A DNA stretch of 64,000 nt from Blastochloris sp. (lineage in GTDB: Bacteria > Verrucomicrobiota > Verrucomicrobiia > Methylacidiphilales > JAAUTS01), in assembly GCA_034440395.1 (NCBI GenBank), contig JAWXBW010000047.1:5567-69566 (forward strand). Reading direction: 5' to 3'. This document shows, in pieces, positions 1 through 9,327 of this stretch. The position numbers and the translations under genes were made by a program. A model generated the notes under the pieces. It was not told the DNA's origin, ran no database searches, and was given only the letters and a program-made list of their open reading frames with translations. Within the stretch, counting starts at the first letter, position 1. Each line of letters begins with the position of its first letter.

Positions 1-1346
1 AGGGGAACGGCCTCTTTGATTTGTTTAGGACCCATCTGGGCATTGCACCAAATCTTTTTTCCCGCAAAGCGTTGGCGCTGGATCTCGCGGCCACGCTCGA
101 CCCGGAGGCGGATGTCGGTGGAACTTTCTCCCGTGCTGGTGCCGAGAAGTTGCTCGTTTTTTAAAGCAGCGACTTCAATGTGGATGTCGATGCGATCGAG
201 TAAAGGGCCCGAGATTTTACTGAGGTAACGTTGCGTAGCGGCAGCGGAGACGCGCCCGTTTTGCACATCGCTGGATTTACCGCTGGGCGAGGGATTCATC
301 GCCGCCACCAACATGAAGCGGGCAGGAAAGGTAAGGGTGCCAGCAGCTCGGCTGATGGTGACTTTTCCATCTTCAAGAGGTTGACGGAGGACTTCGAGGG
401 CAGAGCGTTTAAACTCAGGTAGTTCATCCAAAAAAAGGACGCCGTTGTGAGCTAGACTTACTTCACCAGGACTAGGATTGGCAGAGCCTCCGATAAGGCC
501 GATGTCGGAGATAGTGTGATGTGGGCTGCGGAAGGGTCGGGCGGTGACGAGCGCTTCACCGTGTTGCAGAAGTCCCACGACGCTATGAATCTTCGTGGTC
601 TCCAGTGCTTCGGGCAAGGTCATGCGGGGAAGGATGGAGGGGATGCGTTTGGCTAACATACTTTTACCGGAGCCAGGGGGGCCGATCATAATAATGTTAT
701 GGCCACCAGCGGCAGCTATTTCTAAAGCGCGCTTGACGCTTTCTTGGCCTTTAACATCGGCAAAGTCCATGTCTTCTGGGCCGTGATCATGGCGGAAGAG
801 GTCTTCTAGGACAACGTGGCAAGGCTGGATCTGGGTTTGGCCACTGAGGAAGTCGGCGGCGTGGCGTAAATTTTTGACTCCGTAAACTGGCAAGCCCTCA
901 ACAACAGCGGCTTCTGGTGCATTGGCTTCGGGGACGATAAGGCCTTTAAACTTAGCGCGGTGGGCGGCATGGGCGACGGGGAGTATTCCGCGGACAGGAC
1001 GCACGGTGCCGTTCAGGGCTAATTCTCCCAGAATGAGGTAGTCGTCAAAAGATTTTATGTTGAGCTGTTCGCTGGCATGGAGCATGCCTAGGGCGATGGG
1101 AAGATCAAAACTGGGTCCCGCTTTTTTTAAATCTGCGGGTGCGAGATTGACGGTGTTACGGCCATCTTGGAAAACGTAACCACTATTCATAATGGCACTC
1201 TTAACGCGGTCGCGAGATTCTTTTACTGCCGTATCAGGCAGGCCGACGATGACAAAGTGAGGCAGACCACGGCCTGCATCCACTTCCACTTCAACGCGGA
1301 ATGCTTGGACACCAACGACGCTGGCAGACTGAACTTTAGCGAGCAT
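1..1346 (-). CDS. YifB/ComM-family Mg-chelatase-like AAA+ ATPase (N-terminal ~448 codons; 3' end lies beyond the left window edge)
   Basis: Absent from the ORF track because there is no stop in the window. Hand translation of the minus strand from the ATG at 1346-1344 gives [48 protein letters not shown]... A Walker A motif ([12 protein letters not shown]) is encoded around 700-665. Plus-strand track ORFs 16..228, 231..422, 595..786 and 1167..1478 are antisense shadows. Confidence 0.85.
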   Translation of the reverse strand, partial: MLAKVQSASVVGVQAFRVEVEVDAGRGLPHFVIVGLPDTAVKESRDRVKSAIMNSGYVFQDGRNTVNLAPADLKKAGPSFDLPIALGMLHASEQLNIKSFDDYLILGELALNGTVRPVRGILPVAHAAHRAKFKGLIVPEANAPEAAVVEGLPVYGVKNLRHAADFLSGQTQIQPCHVVLEDLFRHDHGPEDMDFADVKGQESVKRALEIAAAGGHNIIMIGPPGSGKSMLAKRIPSILPRMTLPEALETTKIHSVVGLLQHGEALVTARPFRSPHHTISDIGLIGGSANPSPGEVSLAHNGVLFLDELPEFKRSALEVLRQPLEDGKVTISRAAGTLTFPARFMLVAAMNPSPSGKSSDVQNGRVSAAATQRYLSKISGPLLDRIDIHIEVAALKNEQLLGTSTGESSTDIRLRVERGREIQRQRFAGKKIWCNAQMGPKQIKEAVP

Positions 1347-1417
1347 GTAAAGTTGCTAGACGAAACTTGGGCGCAGGACAAGGCTTTAGGTTCTAAGTTA
1401 TTGATTAATCGAAAATA

Positions 1418-1831
1418 TTATACCCGCTCATCTGGCAGGGCGAAGGCGGACGTGATGAGTTCGCAGCGGGGAGCTTGATTTTCTTGTAGATAAACTTCGA
1501 CCACGTCGAAACGGGCAGGAATTTCAGCGGAATCTTCCAGCTCTTGCAGGTAAGCGTAGGCGGTGCGGATGATACGGCGTTGTTTGGATTTAGTAACAGC
1601 CTCTGCAGGTTTTTCCCAAGAGGCCTCACTACGGGCTTTGACTTCCACAAAGACCAGAGTGTTTGCATGCCGGCAGACGATGTCTATTTCGCCCCAGCGG
1701 GACACGTAGTTACGCACAAGTATTTTGTAACCTTGTTGACGAAGAAAATGGGCAGCAGCACTTTCACCAAGAAAGCCTGTTTTATGTTTAATGCCGATGG
1801 AGGATGACAGGGAATTGACGGATCGGTGCAA
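1418..1831 (-). CDS. YraN-family (UPF0102) putative endonuclease
   Basis: Track ORF 1418..1921. The core FLGESAAAHFLRQQGYKILVRNYVSRWGEIDIVCRHANTLVFVEVKARS is YraN-like. The ATG at 1921 would overlap rnhB by 134 nt. TTG at 1831 (44-nt overlap) or GTG at 1852/1861 are more plausible starts, so the start is uncertain. Confidence 0.75.
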   Translation of the reverse strand: MHRSVNSLSSSIGIKHKTGFLGESAAAHFLRQQGYKILVRNYVSRWGEIDIVCRHANTLVFVEVKARSEASWEKPAEAVTKSKQRRIIRTAYAYLQELEDSAEIPARFDVVEVYLQENQAPRCELITSAFALPDERV

Positions 1832-2444
1832 ACGTGTGGCGATGGATCGCACAGGCTCCACGAGCTTGGAGAGCAAGGAGGTGGGTGTGCGTGCCGTAGC
1901 CTTTGTGTTTAGTGAAGCCATAACAAGGGTAATCTAATTCTGCTTGTTCCATGATGCGGTCACGGGTCTCTTTGGCAAGAATGGATGCCGCTGCAATGGA
2001 GGGACTAAGGCCATCTCCCTTTATAATACAGCGGAGGCTTGCGGGGTCTAAGCCTTTAGGTTTTTGAGAGCCGTCCACAAGTATGAAATCTGGCGCATGA
2101 GCTAGCTGTTGAACCGCGCGGTTCATAGCGAGGAAGGTGGCTTGAAGGATGTTAACGTGGTCGATTTCTTGCGGAGAGGCTTGACCGATGCCGTAGATGA
2201 GTTGAGGTAGCTGGGTCAGTTCCTCAAAGAGTTGCTTGCGCAGGGAACGAGTCAATTTCTTGGAGTCATTTAAGTGTTCGGGCCATGTCGTGTGTTGCAG
2301 GAAAATAACCGCCGCCGCCACAACAGGGCCAGCCAGACAGCCGCGACCCGCTTCGTCGATGCCTGCAATAAGGCAGGCGGGTGAAGTGCGTGCAGCTTGC
2401 TCATAATGCCAACTCAGAGCGTTATTTTTACTAGGACGTTTCAT
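1788..2444 (-). CDS. rnhB: Ribonuclease HII
   Basis: 218 aa with IAGIDEAGRGCLAGPVVAAAV, NDSKKLT, DGLSPSIAAASILAKETRD and a C-terminal HRHTFAPI, all typical RNase HII motifs. Confidence 0.9.
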   Translation of the reverse strand: MKRPSKNNALSWHYEQAARTSPACLIAGIDEAGRGCLAGPVVAAAVIFLQHTTWPEHLNDSKKLTRSLRKQLFEELTQLPQLIYGIGQASPQEIDHVNILQATFLAMNRAVQQLAHAPDFILVDGSQKPKGLDPASLRCIIKGDGLSPSIAAASILAKETRDRIMEQAELDYPCYGFTKHKGYGTHTHLLALQARGACAIHRHTFAPIRQFPVILHRH

Positions 2445-2469
2445 TTTATGTTGAAACTGATTTTCTCAC

Positions 2470-2495
2470 AAAAAAGCCCACCGAAGTGGGCTTTT
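2470..2495 (-). terminator. Rho-independent terminator downstream of the cyclophilin pair
   Basis: Stem AGCCCAC (2475-2481), loop CGAA, stem GTGGGCT (2486-2492). The plus-strand A6 run (2470-2475) gives a T6 tail on the minus strand. Confidence 0.7.
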
Positions 2496-2516
2496 ATTAT
2501 TTAGCAGAAAAATAGA

Positions 2517-3092
2517 TTATTTTAATTTAGCTGAATCTATAATTGTAATTGAAAGCACTTCGACACGTTCCGTAGGCTTGCTCGGTTCACCGCTAGCAGA
2601 TGCGGTGGTGGGTGTGGCTCCGATTTTAAGTAAGACATCTTCACCTTTAACCAATTGACCAAAGCCCGTGTATTTCCCATCAAGAGACGGAGCGGGGTCT
2701 AAGCAAATAAAGAACTGGGAGCCCGCCGAATCAAATTCTGGACCTCGTGCCATGGAGATCACGCCACGCACATGAGGTTTCGAGTTAAACTCTGCTTTGA
2801 TTTTATATCCTGGGTCGCCTGTGCCAACGTTAGGGTTATCATTACCTTTACTCAAAGGATCGCCGCCTTGGATCATGAAATCTTTAATGATGCGGTGGAA
2901 GGCGGTGCCGTTATAAAAACCTTTTTTTGCTAGCTTTTTAAAGTTTTCGACGGTGCTAGGTGCCACATCAGACCAAAACCGGACGACCATTTCGCCTTGA
3001 TTGGTTTTAATGATGGCTACCTCGTCTGCTTGAACGAGGGATGTTAGTCCAATGGAAACTGCGAGGAGAATGACGAGGGATGTGATTTTCAT
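2517..3092 (-). CDS. ppiA: Cyclophilin-type peptidyl-prolyl cis-trans isomerase, secreted/periplasmic form
   Basis: 191 aa. N-terminal signal peptide MKITSLVILLAVSIGLTSLVQA, then the cyclophilin core FHRIIKDFMIQGGDP...SMARGPEFDSAGSQFFI. Confidence 0.9.
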   Translation of the reverse strand: MKITSLVILLAVSIGLTSLVQADEVAIIKTNQGEMVVRFWSDVAPSTVENFKKLAKKGFYNGTAFHRIIKDFMIQGGDPLSKGNDNPNVGTGDPGYKIKAEFNSKPHVRGVISMARGPEFDSAGSQFFICLDPAPSLDGKYTGFGQLVKGEDVLLKIGATPTTASASGEPSKPTERVEVLSITIIDSAKLK

Positions 3093-3102
3093 ATAATTAC
3101 TT

Positions 3103-3621
3103 TTAAGCTGTAACGATGGTGATGGATTCTACTTCTATGCGTTGGGTGGGTTTACTTTTTTCTCCACCACCGCCTTGGGTGGTGGGCGTGGTGCCGATCT
3201 TAACAAGGACGTCTTCACCTTTAATCAATTCGCCAAAGCCCGTGTATTGTCCGTCGAGGAATGGCGCTGCTTCAAGGCAAATGAAGAATTGGCAACCTGC
3301 GGAGTCAGGTAGCTGCGAGCGCGCCATGGAGATCACGCCACGCACGTGTGGCTTGGCATTAAACTCGGCCTTTATTTTATAGCCAGGATCGCCTGTGCCG
3401 ACGCAAGAGTTGTCGGCATCTTTACTTAAGGGATCGCCGCCTTGGATCATGAAACCTTTCACAATGCGATGAAAGGCGGTGCCATTGTAGAAACCGTTCT
3501 TGGCTAATTTTTTAAAATTTTCAACCGTGCCGGGGGCGACGTCGGACCAGAATTTAAGGGTCATTTCACCTTGATTTGTTTTGATAATGGCTACTTCTTG
3601 CGTGGTATCGGTGGTGGACAT
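3103..3621 (-). CDS. ppiB: Cyclophilin-type peptidyl-prolyl cis-trans isomerase, cytoplasmic form
   Basis: Paralog of 2517..3092 without a signal peptide (FHRIVKGFMIQGGDP...SMARSQLPDSAGCQFFI). The track ORF starts at TTG 3681. ATG at 3621 (MSTTDTTQEVAIIKTNQGEM) gives the usual ~172 aa. Confidence 0.85.
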   Translation of the reverse strand: MSTTDTTQEVAIIKTNQGEMTLKFWSDVAPGTVENFKKLAKNGFYNGTAFHRIVKGFMIQGGDPLSKDADNSCVGTGDPGYKIKAEFNAKPHVRGVISMARSQLPDSAGCQFFICLEAAPFLDGQYTGFGELIKGEDVLVKIGTTPTTQGGGGEKSKPTQRIEVESITIVTA

Positions 3622-3688
3622 AATGGGTGTTGTTGTTGAATAGTTACCATTTCTTGTTACCGCATGTGAGTTAAAAGTCAAAGAGGAA

Positions 3689-4219
3689 TCAACGGGGTGA
3701 GATGCGTTCAGGTTTCTTACGAGCTTTCGTTATGCGCTTTTTTAGTAAATATTGAATCGGCTCTAAATCAGGGTCGAGCTTAGCGATATTTTTATACTTA
3801 GGGTTAAGATTAAACGATTTTTTTATGAGGCCATAAGCTTCTGGCAACTCCCCTAACTGAGCGGCATAACAGCCTAGGTTATAATGGATAAGGGCATTTT
3901 TAGGGAATAGGCTCAGGGCTTCCTTTAAAAGGATGCGAGCTATGACTAGGGAGGAAGCGCGACGTTTGGCATAGGCCAAGGCGATCCACCAGTCTGCTTG
4001 TTTGGGATCTAGTGTGATGAGACGTTCTGCCACGAGTGAAGCTGGTTGCCATTGTTGGTGATGTTGTAAGATGGCCAGTTTTAAGCCGAGCACTTCGATG
4101 CAATCGTGATAGCTTGCCGCAACAGCAAGCAGCTCGGTAAGGGCTTCTTCCAGCATTCCTAGTTCGCTATAACCGACGGAAGCGATTAGATGTTGTTGGT
4201 CTTTCTTAGACAGAGACAT
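3689..4219 (-). CDS. TPR-repeat protein
   Basis: 176 aa of helical-repeat sequence with TPR-like units (ALIHYNLGCYAAQLGELPEAYGLIKKSFNLNPKY). Confidence 0.6.
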   Translation of the reverse strand: MSLSKKDQQHLIASVGYSELGMLEEALTELLAVAASYHDCIEVLGLKLAILQHHQQWQPASLVAERLITLDPKQADWWIALAYAKRRASSLVIARILLKEALSLFPKNALIHYNLGCYAAQLGELPEAYGLIKKSFNLNPKYKNIAKLDPDLEPIQYLLKKRITKARKKPERISPR

Positions 4220-4354
4220 AAGAGGCAGGATAAAAGACTACGTGGATTCTTTAGGAAGAGCAAGTGCGCACTCTCTTTTCATTTCCAGTTTTGGGTTTGT
4301 TATTAAGTAGCTAAAGTTACTTGCTTAGGTAGGCGTTGCACCTAACTTTAAATA

Positions 4355-4882
4355 ATGAAACCTTACGAGTGGACGAAACAGTTTAAAACAATCTACGACA
4401 AGTCTCTCAGCCTTTATCATAAGGGACAACGTGGCGCAGACACTTTTTTTAACAAAGAAGAAATCACTTTCCTTGAGTCACTTGGTTGCACGGCACAAGA
4501 ACTTTATGATTTTGCGGAAGATGCCGATTCCTATGGAGATCCTGATTACTCCACCGCTCTCTTGGTGGCTTCCGTGCGGCGAGATTATTTTCTCACCATC
4601 CAGAAAGGAATAAAATCTGCAACTGTCACCGCAGCCGACGAGCTGCCCGCTAAGACGGATAAGTTAGAAGGTATCGAATGGCTTCCGCGTATTATGGCTA
4701 AAGCTCGACTCAAATTACGTGGTGAGATGGCATCCGAAATCATGTATGGCTGCGGCGGCGATCGCCGGTTTCTCAGTGAGCACCAGATCCACCCCGCTGA
4801 CTTCTTGCGTCACGTCTGGGCGGCAGGAGAACACGATTCTAAAATCATTGATTATGTTAAAGATTCTCAATCTAAAAATTAA
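4355..4882 (+). CDS. Conserved hypothetical protein (C-terminal half resembles DUF5069, from memory only)
   Basis: 175-aa ORF. The segment WLPRIMAKARLKLRGEMASEIMYGCGGDRRFL...ADFLRHV matches my recollection of DUF5069. No function is assignable. Confidence 0.55.
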   Translation: MKPYEWTKQFKTIYDKSLSLYHKGQRGADTFFNKEEITFLESLGCTAQELYDFAEDADSYGDPDYSTALLVASVRRDYFLTIQKGIKSATVTAADELPAKTDKLEGIEWLPRIMAKARLKLRGEMASEIMYGCGGDRRFLSEHQIHPADFLRHVWAAGEHDSKIIDYVKDSQSKN

Positions 4883-4915
4883 CGACCCAGTTAGTCTAAG
4901 CTCTACCCATTTATT

Positions 4916-5644
4916 ATGCGTGCTGCTATTTTTAGTGACATCCACAGTAATTTATTTGCTTTTGAAGCTGTCTTAAAAGATATCAAAAAACGTCAGGTAG
5001 ATAAGCTTATTTGCTTGGGTGACATAGTCGGCTACGGAGCTCGCCCAGCTGAGTGTTTAAAAATGGTTCGCAAATCTGGTGCTGATGTCGTGATGGGGAA
5101 TCATGACTTTTATTCCGCAACAAAGGAGTCTCTGGACTGGTTTAATCCTGTTGCGGCAGCGGGTTTGCTTTTTTCCAGAAAAGCCCTAACAGCTGCCCAA
5201 AAAAAATGGCTCCTGCAGCTGCCTCTGTTTAAGAATTTTGATGGGTTTACGGTTGTTCATGCTAGTCTGGCCGATCCGAAAGAATGGGATTACGTGACCG
5301 ATGACCTGATGGCACACCTTCATTTCCTTTCGCAAGAACTACCTGTGTGTTTTATTGGGCACACGCACCAAGTTAAAACTTATCGATTAGAAGAGGGTCG
5401 GGTCTGTAAGCAAGCCTTGACTAAAAATCTTAAACTGAAGAAGGGCGTTAAGTATGTCATTAACGTGGGTTCGGTCGGGCAACCACGCGACAACAACCCA
5501 GACTCTGCCTACGCCATTTATGATACCGTCGAGGGCGTGGTGGAATTTCAACGGGTCAGTTACCCCGTTGATGAAGCGGCCGCAGAAATCATCCAAGCGG
5601 GCCTGCCCGAACATCTAGGTTTACGCTTACGTCTGGGTTGCTAA
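4916..5644 (+). CDS. Metallophosphoesterase (calcineurin-like, ApaH/PrpE/YfcE type)
   Basis: MRAAIFSDIHSN..., LICLGDIVGYG, GNHD and GHTH motifs appear in the canonical order. Confidence 0.85.
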   Translation: MRAAIFSDIHSNLFAFEAVLKDIKKRQVDKLICLGDIVGYGARPAECLKMVRKSGADVVMGNHDFYSATKESLDWFNPVAAAGLLFSRKALTAAQKKWLLQLPLFKNFDGFTVVHASLADPKEWDYVTDDLMAHLHFLSQELPVCFIGHTHQVKTYRLEEGRVCKQALTKNLKLKKGVKYVINVGSVGQPRDNNPDSAYAIYDTVEGVVEFQRVSYPVDEAAAEIIQAGLPEHLGLRLRLGC

Positions 5645-6071
5645 ATGCGGCGCATCTAAATTCGTGCAGAAACTGCCGCCCACGCTTTAATCTGTTGCCA
5701 TTCTAAAGAGTGAAGTATGAAGACCTACTATTTTGTCATCCTTTTTTTATTCCAGCGCCGTGGGCGGGCGATAGCCTTTTAAGCTTCAGGAGTGGGAAGT
5801 TTACTATTTCGATACCGTCTGGATATAAGATCGTCAGCGGGGATCACACTGCTCAATCACCCAGACGGAAGACAGACCACAGTCCCAGATCACAAGGGCA
5901 AAGATTTCTCCTAGTTTCTTGCGCGGTAAATAGGAAAAAATATTTGTTTAGCCACAGATGAATTCATTAAACATAAATAAAGCATAACAAGGGTGTGTGG
6001 CCTACAACGGGCACTGCGCGCACCTTTGATATCCACTGTTGCTATTTGTAGTTATTTTATAGATTTCTTTT

Positions 6072-6269
6072 ATAAGTGTTCATGATCTTGAGTCTGCTGT
6101 CACCCTACTCACCAAGGAAGAGCTCGCTGCTTTTTCCCACTGGTTTGAGCAATAAGTTGCTAACGCTTGGGACAGAGAGATTGAAGCCGATATTCTTGCT
6201 AGCCGTTTTGAGAATGCTGGTAAGCGTGCTAAAGATGATTACGAAGCTGGCCGCTGCACACCGCTTTGA
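6072..6269 (+). pseudogene. Addiction-module antitoxin, inactivated (start loss plus nonsense)
   Basis: Hand translation in the frame 6072 mod 3 gives (I)SVHDLESAVTLLTKEELAAFSHWFEQ*VANAWDREIEADILASRFENAGKRAKDDYEAGRCTPL*. The in-frame TAA is at 6153-6155. ATA at 6072-6074 sits where an ATG is expected, and a TAG lies 12 nt upstream. The ...AWDR.IEADI..G.....A..D...G.C..L tail is typical of the antitoxin paired with the ParE/RelE-like toxin that follows. Confidence 0.75.
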
Positions 6270-6516
6270 ATCTCCTTGCTTCCCCAGAGTTATGGTTTCA
6301 CTATCGACAGTTACCAGCAGCCATTCGTGACATTGCCGACAAAATTTTGAGCTATTGAAGTCTAAACCGAGACATCCATCTGTTCGCCTCAATAAGGTTG
6401 GTAAAGTTTGGTCTGCTCATATTGGGCTTCATTATTGCTCCCTCGGCGAAGATGATCCCGGTGGTATTCTCTGGTATTGGATTGACCCTCACTCTCCCTA
6501 CGACAAGCTTACTTAA
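6266..6516 (+). pseudogene. RelE/ParE-superfamily toxin, inactivated by a -1 frameshift
   Basis: Frame 1 gives ...ELWFHYRQLPAAIRDIADK. Frame 2 gives FELLKSKPRHPSVRLNKVGKVWSAHIGLHYCSLGEDDPGGILWYWIDPHSPYDKLT*. The two frames join at the A4 run 6341-6344, where DKNFELLK would need five A. Total length is 251 nt (3n-1). Confidence 0.75.
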
Positions 6517-6598
6517 CCTGTGTGAACAAGGTACCTAACCATGCAATACAACAATTGCTCGGGACTTGCTACTAATTTGAAATTATTCGGTATAAAGA

Positions 6599-6928
6599 AT
6601 GAAACGTATCCTATTCCTTTGCTCACAGAATAAGTTGCGAAGTCCCACTGCCGAAACGATTTTTGCAGATTTCCTAGGCATTGAGGTGGATTCAGCAGGA
6701 CTGAATAATGATGCCGTCACCCCCTTGTCACCTAAGCAACTTAAATGGGCAGACATCATACTCGTCATGGAGAAGGCTCATTTGAATCGGCTTAACCGAA
6801 AATTTAAAGAACACTTAAAAGGGAAAAGGGTCGCTGTATTAAACATACCAGATGAATTCGAGTATATGGATGAAGAATTGATTTCCATCCTTTACGCTAG
6901 ATGCGCTCCTTATATCCCATCAACGTAG
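6599..6928 (+). CDS. Low-molecular-weight phosphotyrosine-phosphatase-like protein (short form)
   Basis: 109 aa. MKRILFLCSQNKLRSPTAE carries the CX5R(S/T) P-loop. Confidence 0.75.
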   Translation: MKRILFLCSQNKLRSPTAETIFADFLGIEVDSAGLNNDAVTPLSPKQLKWADIILVMEKAHLNRLNRKFKEHLKGKRVAVLNIPDEFEYMDEELISILYARCAPYIPST

Positions 6929-7135
6929 CAAAAAAGCCTCTAATGAATCTCGGTAACGCTTAATGATTGTGGTGAAGCATAGCTAATAATTTTTAGCTAA
7001 TGAATTTTTGTTTGTTATCGTCTATTTATGAGCATAGTTGAAATTAAGTATACAAAGCATTTGTCATCCGCAGAAAAATTAGTCTTAGCTCAAGACTAAT
7101 AGGGGGCAACACACAACCATTAAATTGATAAGCAC

Positions 7136-7429
7136 ATGATTGAAACTAACATTCATCCCCCAGTTATTGTGAAATGGTCTTGTTTTGCTGCAGCAATGGT
7201 GACGCTTTTGGGGTGTCTTTTTTCAAGCGTTACCCTGATTAATAATTACAGGACAGGCGAAGCCGTGTATCGCTCCAGCTTGCAACTAATTATTAAAGAA
7301 ACTATTACGAGGGAGTCTCAGCCAGAGAAGTTTGCGGAAACTCAAAAAGTGCTTGCTTTTACATTTCTCTATGATGGAGTTTTATTTTTAGTTTTTTTTA
7401 CTTTTTTTAGAAAATTAGGAGATTGGTAA
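7136..7429 (+). CDS. Small hypothetical membrane protein
   Basis: 97 aa with two hydrophobic segments (WSCFAAAMVTLLGCLFSSVTLI and LAFTFLYDGVLFLVFFTFF). Its stop overlaps the next start (TAATG). Confidence 0.5.
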   Translation: MIETNIHPPVIVKWSCFAAAMVTLLGCLFSSVTLINNYRTGEAVYRSSLQLIIKETITRESQPEKFAETQKVLAFTFLYDGVLFLVFFTFFRKLGDW

Positions 7430-7884
7430 TGATCGACCGAGAACAACGTGAGCTACTAGCTCATCGTCTTCTCCTGCTTGCCACCGGAAAGATCACGAAT
7501 GTTCAGTTTGATGACTCCCTTAATCTCCGCTCCTCAGACCGTGCTACCCGAAGAACCTACTGGGATGGGGTATGGCCATTATACGATGACCTCAGAGAGT
7601 ATAAATTGATCGGAAAGTATCGCTAGACCTATGAAGTAAAACGGACTGTTGTAAGAGTGATTTTATTTCTTAAGTCGGAAAGAGAATTTGAATGGAAGGC
7701 GGTGCCTTTGTATTGGAAGCTGCCCGTAGCTGTTCTAGGCTTTGTTACTTTCGGCTTAGTTTCTCGGTATTTTTACGAACATAGTTGGGAAAAACAGGCC
7801 GATATTTCTATCTGACCCTACTACCGCAGAAGCGATTTTGAAGCTGATTTGGCAGATCCTCCTTATTTAAAAGGAATTAACTAA
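7429..7884 (+). pseudogene. Conserved hypothetical gene interrupted by two in-frame stop codons
   Basis: An AGGAG site (7417-7421) lies 7 nt upstream of ATG 7429. The frame is otherwise open for 152 codons: MIDREQRELLAHRLLLLATGKITNVQFDD...WPLYDDLREYKLIGKYR*TYEVKRTVVRVILFLKSEREFEWKAVPLYWKLPVAVLGFVTFGLVSRYFYEHSWEKQADISI*PYYRRSDFEADLADPPYLKGIN*. The stops are TAG 7624-7626 and TGA 7813-7815. Confidence 0.6.
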
Positions 7885-7971
7885 TCATGACTCAACTTCC
7901 CCTAGATCATTTTTTGATCTTGCAACGATTGTGCTTTCAAAGCTTTTGATCCTTTATCAGACTTAACTTGA

Positions 7972-8784
7972 ATGAATGCATTGATTCACACGTATGAAGA
8001 TCTTTTACGCCATGTCTGGGATCATGGGCTGGAGCGGAAAGATCGCACAGGAGTGGGGACTCGTTCACTCTTTGGGGCGCAGATTCGTTTCGATCTGCGG
8101 GAGCGCTTTCCGCTTGTCACAACAAAAAAGGTGCATCTTAAATCTGTCATTTATGAGCTGCTCTGGTTTCTAAAAGGCGATACGAATGTTGCTTACTTGA
8201 ATGAGCATGGAGTGAGCATTTGGAATGAGTGGGCGGATGCGGAAGGTAATCTCGGGCCCGTTTATGGAGCGCAATGGATTGGTTGGAAAAAGGCGGATGG
8301 CACGAAAGTAAACCAGATCCAACAACTCGTCGATACGATCAAGCGCGATCCTTGGAGCCGCCGCTTGATTGTGAATGCGTGGAACGTGGGCGAGTTAAAC
8401 GAAATGGCTCTAACCCCCTGCCATGCGTTGGTGCAATTTTACGCTAACCCAGAGACTAAAGAGTTGAGCTGCCAGCTCTATCAACGCAGTGCCGATGTGT
8501 TTCTCGGTGTTCCTTTTAATATCGCCTCGTATGCTTTATTAACGATGATGCTGGCTCAGGTAACAGGCTATAAGGCGGCGGAATTTATCCATACTTTCGG
8601 AGATGCTCATGTTTATTTGAATCATGAGGAGCAGGTGAAATTGCAGCTCAGTCGAGATTCCCGACCGCATCCCTTGATGCAGCTTAACCCGGCGGTTCAG
8701 GATATTTTTGCCTTCCAGTATGAGGATTTCACGTTGACGGATTACGAACCACATCCTGGAATCAAGGCTCCCATTGCTGTATGA
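7972..8784 (+). CDS. thyA: Thymidylate synthase (ThyA type)
   Basis: 270 aa with [34 protein letters not shown] and [22 protein letters not shown]. Confidence 0.95.
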   Translation: MNALIHTYEDLLRHVWDHGLERKDRTGVGTRSLFGAQIRFDLRERFPLVTTKKVHLKSVIYELLWFLKGDTNVAYLNEHGVSIWNEWADAEGNLGPVYGAQWIGWKKADGTKVNQIQQLVDTIKRDPWSRRLIVNAWNVGELNEMALTPCHALVQFYANPETKELSCQLYQRSADVFLGVPFNIASYALLTMMLAQVTGYKAAEFIHTFGDAHVYLNHEEQVKLQLSRDSRPHPLMQLNPAVQDIFAFQYEDFTLTDYEPHPGIKAPIAV

Positions 8785-9269
8785 GCCTACTTCCTCTTAA
8801 GCCTAAGCTCATCGCCTTAGCTGCCATGGCGGAGAATCGTGTAATCGGGCTTGAGGGTAAGTTACCTTGGCATCTGCCAGAGGATTTAAAATTCTTTAAA
8901 CGGACAACGAGTGGGCACGTCGTGTTGTTTGGGAAGACTACTTTTGAGGGCATAGGCCGAGCCTTACCTAATCGGGTCAATATGGTTTTGAGTAATACGT
9001 TTCCTGCGCAGGACGGCCTACACGTGGTGAGAAGTTTGAGCGATGTGATGAGTTCTGAGTATCCCCTGATTTATGTATGCGGCGGTGCTAAAATTTATGA
9101 GCAGTTTTTCTCCTTGTGTGATGAGGTTTTGCTGACTCGCATCAATGAGACTTATGCAGGCGATACCCTACTACCCGCCTTTGAGGATTTGTTCGAGTTA
9201 CGGGTGATCCTTGAAGAAACTGAACGCTATCGCATCGAGCGCTGGGTGCGGAAAAGTTTAGAGGCTTAG
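8781..9269 (+). CDS. folA: Dihydrofolate reductase
   Basis: 162 aa, with a 4-nt ATGA overlap with thyA. Motifs [33 protein letters not shown] and VCGGAKIYE. Confidence 0.9.
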   Translation: MSLLPLKPKLIALAAMAENRVIGLEGKLPWHLPEDLKFFKRTTSGHVVLFGKTTFEGIGRALPNRVNMVLSNTFPAQDGLHVVRSLSDVMSSEYPLIYVCGGAKIYEQFFSLCDEVLLTRINETYAGDTLLPAFEDLFELRVILEETERYRIERWVRKSLEA

Positions 9270-9275
9270 ACACGA

Positions 9276-9307
9276 CAAAGGCCGAACCTGTGAGGATTCG
9301 GCCTTTG
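9276..9307. terminator. Hairpin between convergent folA and the porin gene (probable bidirectional terminator)
   Basis: CAAAGGCCGAA (9276-9286), a 10-nt loop, then TTCGGCCTTTG (9297-9307), forming a perfect 11-bp stem. Confidence 0.65.
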
Positions 9308-9327
9308 GTCTAAGTTAGATTTATTAT

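Noticed and set aside
16-1478. Plus-strand track ORFs 16..228, 231..422, 595..786 and 1167..1478.
   Set aside because: They lie antisense to a continuous, motif-rich YifB/ComM reading frame on the minus strand, and their own products have no recognisable features.
5710-5961. Track ORF of 83 aa in the spacer after the metallophosphoesterase gene; also a 9-bp inverted repeat CCGCCCACG (about 5685) / CGTGGGCGG (about 5758).
   Set aside because: The ORF product is low-complexity with no RBS or similarity that I can recognise. The inverted-repeat arms are about 65 nt apart and short. I made no call beyond 'probably non-coding or eroded DNA'.
6076-6392. Track ORFs 6076..6330 (plus) and 6105..6392 (minus).
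   Set aside because: They are out-of-frame or antisense readings across the broken toxin-antitoxin pair. The homologous frames are the ones described for 6072-6516.
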